Positions 50,901 through 62,900 of a stretch of DNA of 64,000 bases are shown one piece after another. Origin of the DNA: Mobula hypostoma. Its lineage: Eukaryota. Location of the stretch: NCBI RefSeq assembly GCF_963921235.1, contig NC_086097.1:94924001-94988000 (forward strand). Direction: 5' to 3'. The translations under genes and the position numbers were made by a program. A model generated the notes under the pieces. That model did no database searches and was not told where the DNA came from. It saw only the letters and a list, made by a program, of their open reading frames with translations. Positions within the stretch are counted from its first letter, which is position 1. The number at the start of each line of letters is the position of its first letter.

Positions 50901-53900
50901 CCCCCCCACCAAGACAGAACTGCTCAACTACAGAGCAGGGACAATTTACATTGGGCAATTAACCACAAATCGGCACAACTTTTGGGAAACCCCAGTCACA
51001 GGGAGAAAATACAAACTCCAGATGGACTTCCCTAGTGGTCAGGATTGGGTTTCTGGAACTCTGAGGCAGCAGCTCTACTAGTTAGTTACTCGTAAAGTAA
51101 AATGTGAAGGTGGCAGTCAGGAACGTTATCAGATTAATTCTGACATCAAATATCAGGAAATAGTTGGTAACATTTTTTTTTAAAGAAGGGTCTTAAAGGA
51201 GGAAGACAGACAGAAGTGACTCTGGAAGAATTGGGAAGCTCAAAGCCTAGGAGGGCACAAATAGTAAAATCGGGGGTGGACGACAGGCTAGAATGGGAAG
51301 AGTGCGGAGACCGCAGGAGCTGTCAGCCAGTAAAATGTCACCAGTACAGTGAAGGGCATTGAAGGAACTGAAGGCCAGATGCCAGATATTAAATTGAGGC
51401 ACTGCTACATTGTCTGCCAAGGTGTGTAACAGTTGGTGCTGCTGACTCTCCTCATACACAGAATAAACAGCACAAGAAAGTGAGTGAGTGCTTGCTAAAG
51501 CTGGAGAGGAGAAAGTTGGCAAGGATGAAAGCTGTCAGAGATTTGTTGACAGGTTATTTCAAACCAGCAATGATGCTTCCTTTGAAAAGTGTTGTAACTT
51601 AAACCAGCAGATTTTGGAGACTGGACAACTGGAACCCAGATGTGTGACTAAGGCTGATTCCTCCTGGCTTCCGGTCTCCCGCCCCTTGTTTACACTTCTG
51701 GAAGGAAAACTATCACGTGACGTTTTTTTTAAAGTCACCGAGCAGCACAAGCTGCAAATCCTGGAGAGCCTGCAATAACAGAGCAAACAGTTTGAGACTA
51801 CACGCTCTTGCTCCCCTTCCCCCAGTCCCTCTATTCTTCATTCATTAAGTTTCATAAGCACACACATATTAAGATAAATTTTCTCCCCTTGTCTGAATAT
51901 TTCAAGCCCTTTTCATCCTCACAAACATCAGTTGGCCCTCGCACAAAATATGAAACATTGTAGAGTGAAACTTCGAGGAGCCTTTAACTTTGACTGCGTT
52001 GACTCAAGCTTTTGTTTACAGCACAGGCATTTTGAACAAAGCTTTCTTTACTTCAAAAAGTTGGGTTGAGTGACAAATCATTTTTCTGTCAGCAAGACCG
52101 AGTTATTTCTCTTCAGATATGAGTAATCAAAGCGAAGCACTCAACAATGCCTTCATGAATAAAGACACAAAAGGTGCTCCATAAGTTGACCCGCTGTGCT
52201 AAGGAAAAGGAAGTGACAGAGGCTGCGGATACACCTAGCCAATGCTTGGCTGCTTGCCTTGTATTCAGCCGTGCCTCCATTGGGTCAAAATTGTTGAATT
52301 TCCCAGCTGAATTCTGGCAATGTTCCAGTGAAGACAACAATGAAAAAGACACCCAATTGCGAGGTGAAAGGCTGCTCCAACATCAGTAAGGAAGCTTATC
52401 ACCATACAGTCCAGTGCAAATCTCTTTGCTAATGTTCCTGAACTCAATACCACAGCAATGCATTAACTAACTTTAAAACTCTCTTCCTCCTCTGTTACCT
52501 CTGTTCACAACTATTTTTATGCCAGGACCTCTACCATTAACCGAGTGGTCCATGGACCCCAAGTTGGGATCCCCTGGTTTAGAAGATATCATGAGAACCC
52601 CCAGTCATAAATATTGATAGTATAACCACCTAACCATATAACAATTACAGCACGGAAACAGGCTATCTCGGCCCTTCTAGTCCGTGCCAAACTCCTACTC
52701 TCACCTAGTCCCACCGACCTGCACTCAGCCCATAATCCTCCATTCCTTTCCTGTCCATATATCTATCCAATTTAACTTTAAATGACAACATCGAACCTGC
52801 CTCAACCACTTCTGCTGGAAGCTCGTTCCCCACAGCTACCACTCTCTGAGTAAAGAAGTTCCCCCTCATGTTACCCCTAAACTTTTGCCCTTTAACTCTC
52901 AACTCATGTCCTCTTGTTTGAATCTCCCCCACTCTCAATGGAAAAAGCCTATCCATGTCAGCTCTATCAACCCCCTTCATAATTTTAAATACCTCTATCA
53001 AGTCCCCCCTCAACCTTCTACGCTCCAAAGAATAAAGACCTAACTTGTTCAACCTTTCTCTGTAACTTAGGAGGTGAAATCCAGGCAACATTTTAGTAAC
53101 TCTCCTCTATACCCTCTCAATTTTATTGACATCTTTCCTATAATTTGGTGACCAGAACTGTACACAATACTCCAAATTTGGCCTCACCAATGCCTTATAC
53201 AATTTCAACATTACATCCCAACTCCTATACTCAATGCTCTGATTAACAAAGGCCAGCATACAAAAAGCTTTCTTCACCACCCTATCCACATGAGATTCCA
53301 CCTTCAGGGAACTATGCACCATTATTCCTAGATCCCTCTTTTCTACTACATTCTTCAATGCCCTACCATTTACCATGATGTCCTATTTTGATTAGTCCTA
53401 CCAAAATGTAGCACCTCACATTTTTCAGCATTAAACTCCATCTGCCATCTTTCAGCTCACTCTTCTAACTGGCCTAAATCTCTCTGCAAGCTTTGAAAAC
53501 CTACTTCATTATCCACAACGCCACCTATCTTAGTATCATCTGCATACTTACTAATCCAATTTACCACCCCATCATCCAGATCATTAATATATATGACAAA
53601 CAACATTGGACCCAGTACAGATCCCCGAGGCACACTGCTACACATCATCCTCCAATCTGACACACAGTTATCCACCACTACTCTCTGACGTCTCCCATCC
53701 AGCCACTGCTGAATCCATTTTACTACTTTGATATTAATGCCTAACGATTGAACCTTCCTAACTAACCTTCCGTGTGGAATCTTGTCAAAGGCCTTACTGA
53801 AGTTCATATAGACAACATCCACCGCTTTACCCTCGTCAACTTTCCTAGTAACCTCATCAAAAAATACAATAAGATTTGTCAAACATGACCTTCCACACAC

Positions 53901-56900
53901 AAATCCATGTTGACTGTCCCTAATCAGACCCTGTCTATCCAGATAACTATATATACCATCTCTAAGAATACTTTCCATCAATTTACCCACCACTGATGTC
54001 AAACTCACAGGCCAATAATTGCGAGGTTTACTCTTAGAACCCTTTTTAAACAATGGAACAACATGAACAATACACCAATCCTCCGGCATCATCCCCGTTT
54101 CTAATGACGTTTGAAATATTTCTGTCAGAGCCCCTGCTATTTCCACACTAGCTTCCCTCAAGGTCCTAGGGAATATCTTGTCTGGACCCGGAGACTTACC
54201 CCCTTTTATATTCCTTAGAAGTGCCAGTACTTCCTCTTCTTTAATTGTCATACTTTCCATAACTACCCTCTTGTTTCCTTTACCTTACTCAATTCAATAT
54301 CCTTCTCCTTAGTGAATACCGAAGAAAAGAAATTGTTCAAAATCTCCCCCATCTCTTTTGGCTCCGCACATAGCCGTCCACTCTGATTTTCTAAGGGACC
54401 AATTTTATCCCTCACTATCCTTTTGCTATTAATATAACTGTAGAAATGCTTTGGATTTATTTTCACCTTACTTGCCAAAGCAGCCTCGTATGTTCTTTTA
54501 GCTTTTCTAATTTCTTTCTTAAGATTCTTTTTACATTCTTTATATTCCTCGAGCACCTCATTTACTCCAACCTGCCTATATTTATTGTAGATCCCTCTCT
54601 TTTTCCGAACCAAGTTTCCAATATCCCTTGAAAACCATGGCTCTCTCAAACTTTTAACCTTTCTTTTCAACCTAGCAGGAACATAAAGATCCTGTACCCT
54701 CAAAATTTCACCTTTAAATGACCTCCATTTCTCTATTACATCCTTCCCATAAAACAAATTGTCCCAATCCACTCCTTCTCAATCCTTTCGCATCTCCTCA
54801 AAGTTAGCCTTTCTCCAATCAAAAATCTCAACCCTAGGTCCAGTCCTATCCTTCTCCATAATTATAATGAAACTAATGGTATTGTGATCACTGGACCCGA
54901 AGTGCTCCCCAACACATACCTCCGTCACCTGCCCTATTTCATTCCCTAACAGGAGATCCAACACTGCCCCTTCTCTAGTTGGTACCTCTCTGTATTGCTG
55001 CAAAAAACTATCTTGCACACATTTGACAAACTCTAAGCCATCCAGCCCTTTAACAGAATGGGCTTCCCAGTCTATGTGTGGAAAATTGAAATCTCCCACA
55101 ATCACATCCTTGTACTTACTACAAGTATCTACTATCTCTTTACAAATTTGCTCCTCCAGTTCTCGGTCCCCATCAGGTGGTCTATAATACACCCCTATAA
55201 GTGTCACTACACCTTTCCCATTCCTCAATTCCACCCAAATAGCCTCCCTCGATGAGTCCACTAATCTACCCTGCCAGAGCACCGTTGTTATATTTTCTCT
55301 GACAAGCAATGCAACACCTCCCCCTCTTGCCCCTCCTATTCTATCACACCTGAAGCAACGAAATCCTGGAATATTTAGTTGCCAATCACACCCCTCCTGC
55401 AACCATGTTTCACTAATAGCTACAACATCATATTTCCAGCTATCAATCCATGCTCTAAGCTCATCCACCTTTCTTACAATGCTCCTAGCATTAAAATAGA
55501 TGCATTTAAGAAACTCTCCACCTCTTACTCTCTGTTTATCCTTAATGGAGCAAACAACTTTGTTATCTTTTTCTTCTTTGTCCCCTACATCTTTGGTCTG
55601 AGTGCTCCTGATCTCTGTCCCCTGCCTATCCTCCCTCACACACTGTCTACTAGCTTTCTCTATTTGTGAACTAATTTCCTTTCTCCTAGTCTCTTCAATT
55701 TGATTCCCACCCCCCAACCATTCTAGTTTAAAGTCACCTCAGTAGCCTTCGCAAATCTCCCCGCCAGGATATTGGTCCCCCTAGGATTCAAGTGCAACCC
55801 GTCCTTTTTGTACAGGTCACGCCTGCGCCAAAAGAGGTCCCAATGATCCAAAAACTTGAATCCCTGCCCCCTGCTCCAATCCCTCAGCCACGCATTTATC
55901 CTCCACCTCATCGCATTCCTACTCTCACTGTCGCGTGGCACAGGCAGTAATCCCGAGATTACTACCTTTGCGGTCCTTTTTCTCAACTCCCTTCCAAGCT
56001 CCCTATATTCTCCTTTCAGGACCTCATCCCTTTTCCTATCTATGTCATTGGTACCTATATGTACCACGACCTCTGGCTCCTCACCCTCCCACTTCAGGAA
56101 ATCTTGGACACGATCAGAAATATCCCGGACCCTGGCACCAGGGAGGCAAACTACCATTCGGGTCTCTGGACTGCGTCCACAGAATCGCCTATCTGACCCC
56201 CTTACTATCGAGTCCCCTATCACAACTGCCCTCCTCTTCCTTGCCCTACCCTTCTGAGCTACAGGGCCACTGTCGCTTCCCCCGGGTAAGCTGTCCCCCC
56301 CGACAGTACTCAAACAGGAGTACCTGTTGTTAAGGGGCACAGCCACCAGGGTACTCCCCATCACCTGACTTTTCCCCTTCCCCCTCCTAACCGTGACCCA
56401 CTTGTCTGCCTCCCGTGGCCCCGGCGTGACTACCTGCCTTCCACTCCTCTCTATCGCCTCCTCACTCTCCCTGACCAGACGAAGGTCATCGAGCTGCAGC
56501 TCCAGTTCCGTAACGCGGTCCCTTAGGAGCCGGCCACTTCTACTTTTCTCCTTACTACTTTTTGCTTCTACCCTCATTTTACACCCCTCTGTCTCTCTGC
56601 ACTTGTTCCCATCCCCCTGTTGTAAACTAACCTCCTCTCTCCTAGTCTCTTTAATTTGATTCCCACCCCCCAACCATTCTAGTTTAAAGTCACCTCAGTA
56701 GCCCCCGCTAATCTCCCCGCCAGGATATTGGTCCCCCTAGGATTCAAGTGCAACCCGTCCTTTTTGTATAGGTCACACCAGCGCCAAAAGGGGTCCCAAT
56801 GATCCAAAAACTTGAATCCCTGCCCCCTGCTCCAAACCCTCAGCCACACATTTATCCTCCACCTCATTGCATTCCTACTCTCACTGTCACGTGGCAAAGG

Positions 56901-59900
56901 CAGTAATCCCGAGATTACTACCTTTGAGGTCCTTTTTCTCAACTCCCTTCCCAACTCCCTATATTCTCCATAATATGCCATCATTTCTTACATTCAGGAA
57001 GTCTCTACCAAATAACATTGTACGAATCCCTTCAGTCCAGGGACTGCAACAGTTCAGGAGGATAGCTCAATTCTACCATCACCATGGGATAAGTAAGAAT
57101 GGGCAATAATGTATAGCACCAAGAACACTACTTCACATACAATTCATAGTATGGTGACCGCTGTAACTCTGCTGTCTTTCCTGTAAGATGGTGGCACGCT
57201 TAGACAAGACAAAATGGTCTCTAAGGGGACAACCAAAGGTGATATTGTCTTTTTAAAATGTCTTCTTTTTAACAATTGCAAGACAATGCTGGACATAAAG
57301 AAATTCAAGTTCTGCAGATCTACTCCATCAGCAAATTGCTCATTTGCAAAGGAGCTGGACTTACAGTGGACCATGTTGTTGCCTGCTATAGAAAGGCATT
57401 GGAGTTGGTGTGTGAAGGTGGTGTGCAGCCTAACAGTGAATGATTCTCTTGGAAGTTTTGTTTGCAATCACAAGACCCTGTTGAACATTGCAATGAAAAC
57501 ATTGGCAGCGTTGCCCCGGTTGGACAGAGGACTAGGCCTCATCCTGTGGGCTTGCCTGTTGCAGCAGTCCAGGAGGGGAGATTTTGGAGGCGGTGTGGTG
57601 AGGCATCCATTCTGGATTGAGCGAGGGGGTGGGGGCGGCCTCTCCTATTGGTGCTGCTTCCTGTGTTCGCTTGGTGGAAGACAAGCTGGATTGCTTATTC
57701 TTGCTGACAACACCATGCACCATCAATTTATAGGACACATCACTCAGGGATTTGGCCTATAGGGTTTTTTTCCTCTCCGTGTGACTACGTTTACTGCTGT
57801 CTGATTGTATGTGCTGTGTGTGACTGCTGGCACTATGTTTTGCACCTTGGCCCTGGAGAAATGCTGTTTGGCTGTATTCATGGGTATTCATGTACAGTTG
57901 AATGACAATTAAGCTTGAACTTTGGCCGCACACAACAAACCCATAAATAACATTAGAGGTTAAGCCTGGCATAATTATGGGATGGATGTTGGTCAGGGCC
58001 TCTTTCTTCTGCCCGCATATTGTGCTTGATCAAGACTATAAAGATCAATTTTTATATCTAGAAACAGAAGTTTGAGAGGAGGGGATTTCACTCAGGTCCA
58101 CTGACTGAGTAGAAAAAGGCAGCAGCGGATCACAGCAGTGTAATTGAGATCTGACCAGTGACCAATCCCCGTTTGAGATTTGCAACAGTAATTAAGGGAA
58201 GACAGGGCAAGCGCTGGGGCCATCGTTTGAGTGATGATCTTGATGCTTTAGCTCTTTGAGGCTTCAGTTAGAGAAGCTGAATAGTACAAGTTGAACAGTT
58301 AGGATAGTTGTCAGATGTCGGAAGGCAGGGAGACCTCCAGTGTCCATGAAAACTACAACTGAGAACTGCATCCAGCTGTAGCTTCTAACAAATTGTGTTA
58401 AGGAGTTGGCGCTGGAACTGGATCATTCGGGAGGCTGAGGGGTTGATAGGTAGGACATATAGAGAGGTTGTTACACCCAAGATGCAGGACACAGGAAACT
58501 GGGTGACAGTCAGGAAGGGGAAAGGGGTTAAGGAGCCAGTGCTGAGTACTCCTGTAGCCATTCCCCCTAATAAAGGTATATCACTTTGGATACAGTTGGT
58601 GGGGGTGTGGATGGTGATGATCTAACAGAGGAAAGTTGCAGTGGGCGAGTCTCCGGCACTGAGTCTGCCTCCGTGACTCAAAGGGAAGGGGGGAAAAGAG
58701 GGACACTGTGGTAATTGGGATTTGTTAGTTAGGGGAATGGACAAGATGTTCTGTGGGCGAGAATAAGATTCCCGGATGCTATGTTGCCTTCCGGGTGCCA
58801 GGGTCCACAACATTTCAGTTTGAGTCCTCAGCATTCATAAGTGGGAGGGTGAACAGCCAGAAGTCGTGGTCCGTGTAGGTACCAATGACATGGGTAGGAT
58901 GAGTAATAAGGTTCTGCATAGGGAAATCAGGGAGTTGGGTGCAAAGTTAAAGGGCAGGATCTCCAGGGTTGTAATCTCAGGACTGCTACCTGTGCCACAT
59001 GCTAGTGAGGCCAGAACTAGGAAGATTATACAGCTTAACATGTTGCTGAGTAGTTGGTGTAGGAGGGAGTGCATTAGATTTTTGTATCAATGATCCAGGG
59101 GAAGTGGGAGCTGTACAGCAGGGACAGTTTGGCGAGGGACTGGAGAGGGGCTATTATCCTACCAGGAATGTTTGTTATTGCTCATGTTGAGGTTTAAACC
59201 AGAATTGCAGGGGTATTGGGAACCAGAATGTCAGAACAGTTAGTGGAGAGGTTGTGGAGACAGAAGCTGGTAAGACCTCAAAGTTAGGGAATCAGAAGGT
59301 TGATCATGGTGTGACTAGTGTCCTGAGTTACGTATATTTCAATGCACTGTAGGAAAGGCAGATGAGCTCAGGGGATGGATAAACACCTGGAATTATGACA
59401 TTGTAGCCATTAGCAAGACTTGGTTGCAGGACTGGCAGCTCAATATTCTGGGGTTTCGTTGTTTTAGGCGTGACAGAGCAGGAGGGATTGAAGGAGGAGT
59501 GGTGGCGCTAATTAATGTCAGGGAAAATGTCACGGCAGTGTGCTCTGACAGGACAGACTGGAGAGTTTGACTAGTGAGGTGTTATGGGTGGAAATGAGAA
59601 ATAAGAAAGGCATGGCCATGTTAATGGGGCTATATTACAGACCACCCAACAGACCTAGGGATTTAGAGGAAGAAATTTGTAAAAAGATTGCAGATTGTTG
59701 GAAGAAACATAAATTTCTACTGTTTAAAAAAGGCTGTAAACGTAAACCAGGAAATTATAGGCCAATGAGTCTGACATTAGTTATGGGAAAGTTATAGGAA
59801 GTTATTCTAAGGGATTGGATATATAAGTATTTGGATAGACATAGACTGATTAAGAATAATCAGCATGACTTTGTGTGTGGTAGTCATGTCCAACTAATGT

Positions 59901-62900
59901 TATAGAGTTTTGTGAGGAAGTTACCAGGTAAGTGGACATTGTCTACATGGGAGGCTGTCAGGAAGGTTCAGTCACTCAGCATTCAGGATGAGGTCAGGAA
60001 TTGGATTGGACATTGGCTTTGTGGGAGAAGCCAGAGAGTGGTAGTAGAGGGTTGTCTCTCTGACTGGAGGCCAGTGAATACTGGTGTGCCGCAGGGATCA
60101 GTGCTGGGTCCTTTGTTGTTTGTCATCTATATCAAATATATGGATGATAATATGGATAACTGGATCAGCAAATTTGTGTATGACACCAAGACTGGGGGTG
60201 TAGCAGACAGTGAGGAAGGCTATCATGGTTTGCAGAGGGATCTGTATCAGTTGGAAAAATGGCAGATAGAATTTAATGCAGACAAGTACAAGGTTTTGCA
60301 CTTTGGAGGACCAACCAGGTCTTACATAGTGAATGGCAGGGTATTGAGGAGTTTGGTAGAACAAGGGGATCTGGGAATACAGGCCCATAATTCATTGAAA
60401 GTGGTGTCACAGGTAGATAGGGTCATGAAGAAAGATCTTGGCATATTGGCCTTCATAAATCAACGTACTGAGTACAGGAGATGAGATGTTATGTTGAAGT
60501 TGTATAAGACATTGGTGAGGCCTAATTTGGAGTTTTGTGTGCAGTTTTGGTCACCTACCTACTGAAAAGATGTAATCAAGGTTGAAATACTACAGGGAAA
60601 ATTTACAACGATGTTGCCGAGTCTGGAGGACCCAAGTTGTGTATATGGAAATATTGAATAGTTTAGGACAGTATTCTTTAGAACATAGAAGATTGAGAGG
60701 ATATTTGATAAGAGATATACAAAATTATGAAAGGTATAGAGTGGGTAAATGCAAGCAGGTTTTTTCTACTGAGGTTGGATGAGACTACAACCAGAGGTCA
60801 TGGGTTAATGTTGGAAGGTGAGAAGTTTAAGGGGAACATGAGGGGAAATTTCTTCACTCAGAGGGTCATAGAGTGTGCAATGAGCTGCCAGCACAAGTGG
60901 TGCATGAGAGCTTGATTTCAACTTTTAAGATAAGTTTAGATTGGTACATGGATAGTAGGGATACCGAGGGCTATGGTCGATGGGAGTGGGCAGTTTAAAT
61001 GGTTCAGCACGGACTAGATGGGCTGAAGGGCCTGTTTCTGTGTTGTACTTCTCTATGACTCTATATTTCAGGTTCTTTCACATTGAAGTTTGGTGTCTCT
61101 GAAATGCAATATCATGGGCTATCGGCACTATTCCCTTGAAGAGTGGAATAGATTGCCCTTAATGGAGGGAAACAGGTATGTTTGCAGAGTCATGGGCTTC
61201 TTGATGGTAATGGCTGCAGCTGACTGCATTCACATCACGTTACCATGTGTTCCAGAAGAGGTAGGGAAGTGTTTCCATTTCCTGACTGTGCAGTACCTCA
61301 GTGACTGTACCTTGAGCATCACAATAGTCAATGCAGAGTATCCAGATGGCAGTCACAATGCTTCTGATTTTGCACTAAGTCTGCAGTCCCCTGCATCTTC
61401 CACTTAAGAAAATGTACTGGAGGTAATTACTACCACTTGGCCCTCATCTCCACTACAAAACTCACACATGAGAGCAAAATACTTATTTAAAGACAACCTG
61501 GTATGCCAATACATAGTCTTGCTGCCTGGACTGAATTGGGGGCAGCTTTGCGGTGCTGATCTCCAGGTCTATGGCCTATTGCAGGCAGTACAACTTGGAA
61601 ATCACGTGAGCGCTTGGCTTCCAATCTACTCAAAAGGCATAAGATGGAGAGGAGGAAAGGAAGAGAAAGTAGTGTGTTCCGTTCTTTTCAGGAAACATTG
61701 GAGTGCCGTGGAATATTGTGTTTAGTTTTGGTCACTTGCTGCAGCAAAGATGTTATTAAACTGGAAAAAGTACAGAACGTTGCCAGGACTTTAATAACTG
61801 AGTTATAGGGGAGGTTGGACAGACTAGATCTTTATTTCTTAGAGCACAGGAGACTAAAGTTTCTAAACTCATGAGGGGCAGAGACAGGGTGAATGCACTC
61901 AGTCTTTTTCCCAGGGTTGGGGAATCTAGAACAAGAGGGCATAAAGTGACAGGGGAAAGATTTAATAGGAATTTGTTGGTGTGGAATCCATGTGAATTCT
62001 GCTGACAAAAGAAGTGGCTGAGGCAGATATCATCACAACTTTCAAAACTCAGTTGGACAGATACAAGGATTGGAAATGTTCAGAAAGTTATGAGTCTAAT
62101 GCTGGCTAGCTTGGGTGGCACATCTTGGTCAGCACGAACCATTTGGGCAAGAGAGCCTTTTTTCTTGTTGTATGGCTATGACTCATGGGGCGGTATCTTC
62201 AATCACCACAGAGTCAATTCTCAGCTCATTCTTATGTTCCTAATCATCTCAACATCATCTGTACCACAGTACCCCAACGTTCAAACTATACGTACATCCA
62301 ACCATGAAACTCACATGTGAATTTTACTTATTTAGAAATACAGTGCAGAACGGGCTGTTCTGGCCCAACAAGCTGCACCTGCCAGCAACCCACTGATTTG
62401 ACTCTACCGCCACAGGACAATTTACAATGACCAATTAACCTACTAATCAGCATGTCTTTGGATTGTGAGAGGAAACTGGAGCATATGGAAGAAACCCACA
62501 CATTCACGGGAAAGACATACAACTTTTTACAGATTTGAACACCAAACTTTGAAGTCTTGAGCTGCAATAGCATTGTACTAGCCACATTGCTCAAGTGTGG
62601 ACAGCAATGAAGTAGACACTACTTGCAAGGACAAAATTGGGAAGTTCATCTGCAGTCTGGGCAGTGCAAATCTTTGAGTTGATGTCCCTCAACTCAGTAC
62701 CAATATGCAAATACTGTACTATGAAGCTAACTGATGATAAGCCAGTTGGATGTCAGCAAAGTTCTACTGAACACAAATGCTACCATCCTAATGGATCCAG
62801 GCTCCATGAAACCACAGCAGTCCACCTGTGCCAGTAGTTCAGCAACTTTCCTTATCTGGGGATCAGAGGGCCCAGTCTTTGGTTAATGGTCTTACCAAGG

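Noticed and set aside
52622..56530. Active autonomous CR1
   Set aside because: 5'-truncated, with in-frame stops and frameshifts in ORF2 (e.g. near 54779, 54262 and 53457).
61244..61281. Alternative 38-nt minus-strand exon candidate
   Set aside because: Creates a TGA if joined after 61466-61497. It could only replace that exon, so it was left out; it shows the 5' model is ambiguous.
62826..62855. Minus-strand 30-nt segment [10 protein letters not shown] with AG/GT ends
   Set aside because: Only 40 nt from the upstream donor, and it gives a stop in the required phase.
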